DNA of 64,000 nt from Bugula neritina (Eukaryota; Animalia; Bryozoa). A program made the translations under genes and the position numbers. Shown here piece by piece: positions 1-10,300 of this stretch. The stretch's first letter is position 1, and each line of letters begins with the position of its first letter. Under the pieces are notes generated by a model. That model was not told the origin of the DNA and searched no databases. It saw nothing but the letters and a program-made list of their open reading frames with translations. The stretch lies in the NCBI GenBank assembly GCA_964035545.1, contig OZ037768.1:10386741-10450740 (forward strand). Direction: 5' to 3'.

Positions 1-654
1 TGCTACTTCATAGATGTGTGTGTATCCCATATTAGCACAGCTTCATGGATATTTGGGTGGTGAAGGTCATCTAGCTATGCTCTTTCAATGCTCTTTCTAT
101 TTAATCTCGAATAAATTATAGAGGCGTCAAAACCAGGTGTTCCGTGAGTAAGTTCCACTGCCTAAGTAATAAAAGTTTCTCCTCTCAAGTACTAGTATTG
201 GAAATATAAATGGAAGTTGTACAAGCGTACGCCACTTATAAGAAGGCCAAAGGATGCAATATTAAATAATGTTTCGTTGTTAATTATCTATTATAAAGTT
301 TCATAGTCAATGTTAAATAATTTATTCTTTGCTTGCTTTATTTTGCTAAGTTATTAACGCAGTCAATGTAGAAATAAATCTCAAGTTTGAAATTTTAATA
401 ATGGCACAGTGCTTTTATTTCAAAATGTTGCTATAAAGAGTATATGTAAAACAGAAAAAAAACCTGATACTTATATTATTCAAGATAAGAAATTAACCTT
501 GGAAACTGGTAGACACATAATATAAATAAAAATACCACCAGTCTCCTTTCTAGTCAATATCAATAAAAAACAAAAGTAAATTGAATTACTTTTAGTGTTC
601 TGAATTTCTGTGTGATGTCAAAAAAACAAGAAATATTTTTATTCTCACTTTTAG

Positions 655-1607
655 AGCAAGAATTACAAGTACAATGTAATTGGGTTGATGCTCCAAAAAG
701 CTGGTGCAAATGGAATGAGCAAAAGTGTTCTCCCTGACAGACTGGCTCAGTATTCCTCTATAATGCAACTCCATGTTGATTCTGGAGTACCAATGGAAGA
801 ACTTGTGAGAGGAAACACGTCTATTGGAGGGCTGATGGAACCAGACTTTCTCATGTTGCCTGCACCTGGGAAGAAGTTTGTGGGAGATGAGAAATTCTCT
901 AGCGGTGGTTATAGTTTACATCGGTGAGCTGACATCAATTTATTTTTAAACACTTAATTGTAGTAGATAATTTTGTATTGCTAACTTGTATCAATATGTA
1001 CATGCAGTTCTAGAATCAAAATACCATATTCAAGTGCTTTATTTCTACAAAACTGTTGAAAAAAATTAAAACATTTTGCAGTATTCCAAATTTCTATATT
1101 ATATACTCAAAAATTCATAGAAAATTTTATTTCTATTAATTCATATTAATTTCAGATTGCGATAATTAAAATGAATATAAATATAAAAATTGCATTACAT
1201 AAGTTGCTTTATTGTGTTATCTATTCATATTGACTTATTATAAGTATGTAAAACAGCCTTAAATAACAATCCAACAGATCTTTAAGAAGACAGAGTTATT
1301 GAATAAGAGATCATTAAATATTAAAAAGTATCATCTATGTTTTAAGTTGACCTTGCATACAAAACCCATAAAAATTATGCTACGACAGCTATATACAAGG
1401 TAGTGTGGCAAGCAAAGCTGTAACAGAATGATTGACTCTGATTTGTAATATTGTTTCAGACACATTGGCTTTCAAATCAGTGGATTTCAACTGATGCTAA
1501 CTTATGGCGTGACAGAAGATGACGTACTAAGGAAAGCATTTGCTGAGAAAATGGCCGAAGCTATTGTATACTGGGTAGACAACTACTTGCCTGCTAATTT
1601 CAACTGA
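655..1607 (+). CDS. Last two coding exons (655-923, 1460-1607) of an N-formylglutamate amidohydrolase-like protein; 5' exons not resolved
   Basis: AG/GT sites join in phase 2 to give ...EELVRGNTSIGGLM...FSSGGYSLHR-HIGFQISGFQLMLTYG...RKAFAEKMAEAIVYWVDNYLPANFN*. Resembles the C-terminal half of FGase-like proteins (RGxxSxG, FxGGY, terminal helix). Family call from memory. Confidence 0.55.
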
Positions 1608-2296
1608 GGCTGACATATAATACTTTCCTTTGGGTGGAAGATATACAAGCACATGCATGTTTAGATGTTATAATTAAATTCTATATTATTTGTTTTTAGC
1701 TCATGGTTTGTTGTTTCAAGTCCACTACCTGTGTTTTTAACAATTCTAGGCAAATGATTATTCAACTATTTATTTTAGTAGTTGGCGTTGCTAAATATTT
1801 AAGGGCTAGGTATTGTCTTGATAGTTTCTAAGCTGTATTGTTCATCTCATAAACCAATGTTTTCATTTATATATAAGTTTAGTTTCTATAACACAATTAT
1901 GTATTTTCTTAAGTTCAATTGTTTTATTCAATGTTTGTTGTTGTGCAACTCAAATAAATGCATCATAAATATTGCTATATATGGTAGTTTCCTTATCGCT
2001 GATTGGTAGTTGTGTCCTCCTATGACAGCTATTCATGAACATTATATCCGTAATTACTCATTTGTTTGTTCTTGACAGTTTATAATAATAACTGAATACA
2101 TATAAAACTATTGGCACAATTACCCCAAGATAGTAATCAAGAAAATAAATGAACATGGAGAGTTTCAGAGTATAATTTCTCATTAATAATACAAATTTAT
2201 ATCATTAAAGCAAATATTAATTTTACTGCAGATATCTAAGTCAATGCCTTGAATTGATTTCAGCTCAGAAATAGAGAGATGCACCTTGAAAATAGT

Positions 2297-5200
2297 TTAA
2301 GTTTCAATATTTCGATAATTCTCATAACCAGAGCGCTTTACATAAGATATCCAATAAATCATCAAAAACAACATAAATGAGCAGGGGAACACAACTCTTG
2401 AGACAAGATCCACTCTTGTGGCCATTCCCAATGTGCACCATTTCCTCCACCATTGTTGTATTCTTCCTGCCAACTGTTCATACCACTTTTTACTCTCATT
2501 ATTCTATAATATATTTGTTAATCGTAAGAAATAAATGCATGTAAATATAGTTGCATTTGCAGTGCAAATAGTATGTGTGTAATATGCACATGCTGTTATA
2601 TACAGCATCTATAATTAATAATATATTATGTTCTGTTGACAACAAAACATATGCATATAATGCCTGCATAAGCACATATTAACCGATTTTATGCAAATTC
2701 AATTTCACACTGACATGTTGAATAGATAGGCCCTACATGGCTTTCATATCATTCATTTAAAAACCAGATATTCTTACTATATAAATTATATAAATTGTTT
2801 CCTAAATTGTTCTCAAATAAATGTAAATATTATAATTAGTTGTACTGCTATAAAGTCTTTACAGCAAAACTAAATTATAAAGTATAACTAGATCAAGGAA
2901 TAGCAAAACTTTGAACTTTGGTAAAACTGAATTACATTTTCTTCACATCTTTCTCTGGTAGAAGATTGACTCATATCTTCCATCTCAAATGTATTGTTAT
3001 CTTCACCCTCAGGCAATGGCCTTATATTCTGTGCTAGACAATAATAAAACAACACCCGGCAATTGAAAATGGATAATACATTGCATCATATATCTTTACT
3101 AAAATTAATTCTAGAAGTTTTGTAACTAAATTATCACCTTTAATAAAGTTATTGAAATAATGGAAAGAGAGACAGTGAAATTCTGTGCGGTACCATTATT
3201 TGTTGCACTCCTCTGAGTCTCAACACGAGCATCATGTTGCTAAGATACTAAGTTTCTAATCACTACACATACATAAACATTGTAGAGTCTATATATCAGT
3301 GATAACACAAGATATAGTGAGATACCTAAAGCTGACACATGTATGCTATCATAAAGGAAGTTAGATTCACTTGAGAGAACAAAAGAAGTTGCTAAAATTG
3401 TATAGTGACTAGTGTGTACACTGTCACAAATATTCGATTAGTCACAGGGTAGTTCAAATGAAGTAGAATTTAACAGCAGAATAACTATCAGTAAGAAAAC
3501 ACAAGGGCATGAGCTTTTTTCTGGTTTATATTTATAAGTCAATCATTTTATTTATAACATTACAGGTAACAAAAAATAGTTTTATTGTATAATTTAATGC
3601 CCTGAGTTAGTTTTCATTTCGATTATTCACACTTCAGTCATAGTAAGTAGCAACAAAAAAAGTTGCCATAATTGTATATAGAATAATTTTGTGGCTTACA
3701 AACCATCAACGTCAACTTGTTGTAGTCTTTTTTTCTTTACATCTCTTCTAGAGAAATAGTTGACAACTCCAAATTCTAAGAAAGCTCCGAGCACATAGAT
3801 TTGGCAAACCCAAAGCCACACATCAGCAGCTATAAAATGTTAAATAATTTTGCATTTCATGTATGTAAACAATCACCAGCTTTTTAGCATAGTAATAATA
3901 ACAGTTAGTTTACCTGTTGGCTTCAATCATTTGCAACTTTAATATTTTCCATTTTGATATTAAGCTGCCATGTTTCATTACAAACTTAAAAGACAGTTTT
4001 ATTTATAACTTATATTTTTATCAAGTATATACGCAAAGCAGACATGAAACATAGTAGTCTTACCTTTGATTTGAGCTGTTGATGGTAAGACACCTTTGAC
4101 AGCATTTATTTGGTTGCTAATAGCAACCATTGTAAGAGCTCCAAGAGCACACCGAGCTTGTATCACCTTCTTGTCTATCCAGAAAGACATCCAAGTTACT
4201 ATGACCATTAGGAGTGACGGTAAATATATGTCCCATATATAGAACGACACATTCCTGTATGTATACAAACTTATACTATATTCATGTATGTGTGTACGTG
4301 TGTGTACGTGTGTGTGCGTGTGTGTGCGTGTGTGTGCGTGTGTGTGCGTGTGTGTGCGTGTGTGCGCGTGTGTGCGCGTGTGTGCGCGTGTGTGCGCGTG
4401 TGTGCGCGTGTGTGCGCGTGTGTGCGCGTGTGTGCGCGTGTGTGCGAGTGCGAGTGCGAGTGCGTGTGCGTGTGCGTGTGCGTGTGCGTGTGCGTGTGCG
4501 TGTGCGTGTGCGTGTGCGTGTGCGTGTGCGTGTGCGTGTGCGCGTGCGTGTGTGTGTGTGTGTGTGTGTGTATGCTCACAAGCAACTTACCAACTGATAA
4601 CAGACAATTAGAGTTTCAACCATTCTCAAATTTTAAAATAATTCATTTTTGAACACAAATAGCTTATTTATTACCGATATATAACACTAAAAATGAAATA
4701 ATTTCTTTGTCTATTCTAAGCTTAATATAATTGTTTTTCTAAATAGACTTTTCTCATATGTACCTGTAAAAAGTGATGTGATAAGTGAGACTAGAGAACT
4801 TTCCTCTATGTTGGTCTGTGGTGACAGAACCCTGACAGGTTACATACCAAGTATCCACTCCTAGAGAGGGGAGGGCAGCACTTAGTCGTTTATCAATATT
4901 TATGTTTTCAACCCGATTTCCACTCAAACTTTCATTCAGCCATGACAGCTTCATAATATCGACATCATATTTCCCTGAAAATGTTTTTATCTGTTTTTAT
5001 TAAAGGCTATCTGGGAATTTTAACGAAAAAACTTTGTAAACTTTTTGGAGCTAACAGATTTAATGCAAAAACACCAATTTCAATGATAAAATAAAGGTGA
5101 TATCATGATAACTTGATAACATATTACGTATTATAGAGCTCGTAGTGTAATCGTAATAAAAGCAAGGCAAGGCTTAGCTGGTTAGAAGGTGTAGCTTACA

Positions 5201-7038
5201 GCTTTCCAATTTTACAGAACAGTTTTGATGGTCAAAAGGAAAATTCTCTAAATTCATGGTACAAGAAAGCTGTGCCTGTACTCTGCAATGAAACCAGAAA
5301 TTTATCAAGTTATAGGCATTCATAATTTAATTGAATATTTATATGCATTTTCAAGCAACTGTTAACTGCAGATTAAGTGATATAAGCTAACATTCTACAT
5401 AGAAATTTTCATTTTCTCAAACCTTAGAGTAGTCAAAGTATTCTGATATATTAATAAATTTATTAATCAAGTTATATAAATAAGTTTTAGAATGGGTATT
5501 ATATTATAATGTATTATACTATATTATATTACTTTATATGATATCATATTATATTATATCATATTATATTATATTATATTCTATTATATTATATTGTACT
5601 ATGTTAGGTTATGCTATATTATATTATATTATATTATATTATCTTGCACTACGTTATGTTATGCTATATTATATAATATTATGTTATTTCTTTAGATTGT
5701 CTATTATATTTGATTGGAAAAGTATCGGAAAACTCCAAAAAATTTTACTTCAAAAGATCGAAATAAAATGGATGCATGTTGTACCTTTGAGAAAGAAGCA
5801 AATTTCCATTGTAAGGGTTTAACTTAAGAACTCTACTTTGATCTGTTATAGAATGAACTCTGCCTTGCTTAGCTCGCGTTAGAAACAGATCCGGCACCCA
5901 GAGTTTGTTTATAAATCTGTCTGGCAATGAAACATAGGTATTTCTTGCTAGTATATTTTTAAATTGCAGTCTTTTATCAACCCAATGTTGGGTGAGAAAG
6001 AAGTCAATCTGAAAAGAACAGTCAAATATATGTATTTGTGTTCGTACATTGTATATAAGATGCATGACTGTTTAGCTGTATATTGGTATAGCTGTATAAA
6101 CTAGTATGTATGTTTTTATAACTGGATGCAAATATTTTCATGTTATATTACAAGCTAATACAAACAATTAGGCACTATACAGTGTTTAAATATAAAACCA
6201 TAATGTTTCCTTATATATGAATTTACAGACAACATAAACCAATTTCCCTTTAAAAAAAAACAAAATAAACTATACATTCTGAAAGCCTACTATAAAACTG
6301 CTAGATTGCTGCATGATAAATATATCATGTAAGAGCTTTTATCAGATAACATATAGACTAGAAACCTACACAATATTCATTAAAAACCTACCAATTTCTT
6401 GTGAATGCCCCACTCAACCTCTGCAACCGGCTGACATTTTAATTGTTGACAATTCAGAAACTATATGACAGAAATCCACACAATACATACCCAATAGTCC
6501 ATAGTCACGGGCTGCACATTGGAAATGCTGTTGGGAAAGAAGACTACACCAACTTCTGTTGCAGTGTCATTATCTGCTGGTGGAGGAATGTCATCATAGT
6601 CCAACTCTTTTAGTTCTCTAAACAACGCTGAGCTAAACTCGTTTCTATGTGACAAAAGTCAATAAACTGCATATTCATTTACATCACAAATTTAGAGCAC
6701 CCTGTCCTAAGCAATGATATTAACCATATATAGTTTATACATTCATACTACAATTAAAATAACTAGTTATTGAACACTTTATATAATTCGATCATTCAAG
6801 CAATCTTTAATTTAGTTACAATTGCCGCACTTTAACATTATTTATAAATATTGATCTATTGACAGACATATATGTGCATTTTAGTAACGAATACAATTTT
6901 GATTTTAAAAAAATTGCAAAATAAAGGAATGCATTTAATAGTTTTTAAAATAAAATTTCTTACTTACATTGCTGGCTCAACCGTAGCTACCAAGAAGAGT
7001 GCTGACAGTAAAACAGCGTAGTATGTATTACTAAACAT
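2297..7038 (-). CDS. Cys-loop ligand-gated ion channel subunit A, anion-channel branch (GlyR/GluCl/GABA-like), 9 exons, 454 aa
   Basis: Exons 7038-6968, 6644-6491, 6008-5785, 5282-5200, 4974-4764, 4254-4064, 3829-3704, 3033-2936, 2503-2297 total 1365 nt, all GT-AG. Signal peptide [36 protein letters not shown], Cys-loop [16 protein letters not shown]1 [19 protein letters not shown]3 ADVWLWVC...LEFGVVNY, M4 [10 protein letters not shown]. Confidence 0.93.
4283..4572. repeat. Compound GT/GC microsatellite in an intron
   Basis: (GTGTGTGTGC)n, then (GTGTGTGCGC)n, (GAGTGC)3, (GTGTGC)n and (GT)n. Source of several spurious ORFs. Confidence 0.97.
5498..5712. repeat. Degenerate (TATTA)n microsatellite in an intron
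   Basis: 5-bp periodic ATATT/ATGTT units. Confidence 0.9.
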
Positions 7039-7318
7039 TGCTAAAGGAAATCTTTTGAATTTCATGCAGTTATCATTCAAGATGTTTAGCATCTAAAGTG
7101 CAAGTTACAGTCAGGCTTTAACACTCACTGTCATGTTTTCTTATCTCGTGAGAAGTTATTCTGCTATTGTTCTGATAAGATAAGCAGTGTGATAAAAGTT
7201 TGTTTAAAGTTATATTGTTTTTAAACAATGTAGATAACTAATATGAAGTTGGATTAGAAGTTGGTAAGAAGTTCCGTGATTTTGTCTATATGGAAGAAAG
7301 TATTGATGTGTGCGTTGT
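7039..7318. promoter_or_regulatory. Putative bidirectional promoter with six WGATAA sites
   Basis: 280 bp between divergent ATGs at 7038 (-) and 7319 (+). GATA motifs at 7070, 7141, 7173, 7178, 7190, 7232. Confidence 0.6.
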
Positions 7319-10300
7319 ATGATGAGGATAATGTTCAGCAGCATCATGACCTGGTGTCTACTTGTGTTGGCAGCTCAGCCTCTCCAAGCTCAAACTTTGT
7401 ATGTATAATTATAATTCTATATAATTGTTTATAATAGTTACACAATAGCATTTCTATCAGTTATTAAGTAGGCTATCAGTTATTAATTAGGCCTACGGTT
7501 TATGGCTTTTAGGTCAAATAAACTAATTGCTGATTGGTAAATACTCATTAGTTAATTGTTGACATCAACTAGTTGCACATATTTTTGCAAAATTATGCTT
7601 GTTGCTACAATAGATAGTTGTTATAGTCAATCTAAGTTTCTAAGTCTAAGCTTAAAACAGGTAAATTGCAAAACATCTTTAAAATAATTTTAAGGTAACA
7701 AAAATAAAGTATAAAAAATGCTTGAACAAATGTATTTCTAAGAGCAACCATGCATTTGGATTTAGAACAGACATTTGTACACGTTTGGCGGTTCCTAACT
7801 TGTACAACGTCTGTTGTGTACAACAAGTCGGCAGGGATGTAGTGGTACCCATACGGTCCCATACGCCGTATGGTCTAGAAGAAAATAGACTGTTCTAGGC
7901 CATACGCCCGTATGGGCATAATATTTTTGAAAGATGATTAGTGCACAGGATAGTTTGGGCATCATCACTGAGAATATCATAAATTTCGCTCACAATCTAG
8001 TTTAAGTTCTTGTCATGTTGATGCTATGTGGGTGGCATGCGTGTTGCCTACTTGTGATTGTTTAGCCTGAGATTACTCTATGAATAATAAGAGCTATCAA
8101 CATTGCGTCTTCTCATCTTTACGTGTTCACTGAAGCGCGAAGTGCTGTGCATTGGTGATTGCCAAGGAAAAAATATTTCATTTCAGTGTGTAAATCACTA
8201 ATTTGTAGAAAATCTATGAAGGCTATTGGAAAGATCAAAAAATTTGCCATGCATAAATTTCTCAGGTTTCCGACAGTGTTTGTTCTATTCCAATACCATA
8301 CTTTCCTGCTGAGATATTTGGCAGATTTTGAAAAATAAACTTTCAAATAAAATTGGCCAAAATGAGTAGTTTTTTGTCTATAACTTTGCAAAAAAATATT
8401 GAAAACTCGCAAAAAGTAGGTGCTCTGAGGAACAGGAAGATCTACAACATAGTTTTTAAATTTTAATTCTAGCACAACTAGGCAGTGACAGCTAGAAGGT
8501 TGCCCTTATCTATCTTGTGTGGACTTGTATTTTGTCAATAAGCAATGGAATTTTAAAAAACCAACATGAAATCCAGAAATAAAATCAAAATGTCTTCAAG
8601 AAACAGTACCAGTTGTGTAGGAGAGGTTAACGAAAATTTATCACTGAGGTCTACAGGTACTATGTCCACATTTTGCTCAAAAACCTAGCGTTATTGCATG
8701 TTAATTATCAATGCAATGAGGTTTTGCAAACTATACACCACCATAAGTAACCGTTTATGTTTGATTGTACTAACTAACATCTGGCTTTATATTTAATCAT
8801 CTTCTAGGTTAACACATATTAAACCTGTCAATTTTTTTCATTTGGGGTATGTTTCCTTGATTTGTCTAGTGAAAGTTCAGGGGTTTTATTTTAAAACCAA
8901 GTCAACATACTCTTCTTGGGTGTGCTTTATTGTGTGTTAGAAGGTGTGGTGGTATCTCCTTATGGATTAGACTAGTACTCCAATAAAATCCAATTAGGTT
9001 TTTAACCAATTTCTGCTTGCCAATGAGTTATCAATCCAAATTGCTCTTTATAAATAACAAACACACATTTTCTGATTTGCAATCTGCCTCTCTTCTGATC
9101 TATAATTCTTTTTCTGTGCACGGCAGTCTATTAGTTATTAATAAAATAATCAGGTTGCATTTGGAGAGCACTTGTTACCTGCCTTTATCCTTCCATCTTT
9201 TTGAGATCTTCAGCAATTTTTCTGTACAGTTTGGACTTGGTGCATGTCAGAACAAACCTAACTGCAGTTGAGTAAGACTTTACATTTAAAATTACAGTCA
9301 ACAGGTATGGGACAAGACTGAATATTTATATAGTTTGCAGCAATGCCCAGTCGTCATGTAGCTGGTATGGTATGAAAATAATAGTGAGGTGCACATTTCA
9401 ACACAGATTTTTTCAGAAGAATTAGAATTCACAATGGCTTTAAATTGCATAAATTTGCATCAGAAGAGCTCTGAGAGCTTCGGCAGCCGGGCGCTGCCCC
9501 GGGCCTCGCTGGGGGCCTGGGCGGCCCCCTGGACCCCCGGCCTGAGAGTATGGCCTAGAATATTTTTGCCACTACATCCCTGCAAGTCGGTAACTCTCAT
9601 TAGGCTTAAACTGCTTTAGAGTATTAAAGACAAAACCTAGAATCAACCAACAATATAATTTCTGACTCACTACAATGAATTTTCAAAATTTTCTGGAGCA
9701 TTTCCTATGTTTATATTTATGTAAACTTCATTAACAACATGTCATAAATGTAAGAGTTGTAAACTTATCTACTTGGTTACTTTAATCTTATTTTTTAGAA
9801 AAGGAAATCTCACTCAACCTGAAAGCAAAATATCTGGTTACAGGTCTATGGTTATAGCTTTGAGAGATTTGCTAGAGTATGATAACTTTGAAGATGTGCG
9901 TCCCTATGAGAGTAAGTTAACCACTATCTTTTCTGATTACATAATAAGGAGTTCTAACATAATCTCTGATGATTTAATTTAAGTTATGCTCAACTTATTT
10001 CATTTTTAGTTTATTTTTAATTAGCCTGGTGTTAGGTCAAACTGACCACTTCAAGCTGGTTTGCAGGTTTGAACTGCTAGCAACATTTGATTCTGATCAT
10101 GAACAGTAGCAATGATGTCTAGGTTCTTACATTGTTATGTTGCTATAGTAACAGAGGTAGAGTGTTCCGTTCTCATCAACAACATAACTTCTGTGTCTGA
10201 AAACACGCAGACATTCTCTCTGGATGTTTATCTGAACAGTTATTGGAAAGACTACCGCCTCAACAGCACATGGTTTACAGATGATCTTATTATACCAGAT

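Noticed and set aside
4214-4652. ORFs rich in VC/RV/HT
   Set aside because: Translations of an intronic microsatellite.
5538-5822. Hydrophobic 94-aa ORF
   Set aside because: (TATTA)n repeat translation, antisense within a channel intron.
9675-9749. Candidate first exon for channel subunit B near exon 2
   Set aside because: No frame gives an intact signal peptide with a phase-2 donor; 7319-7398 does.
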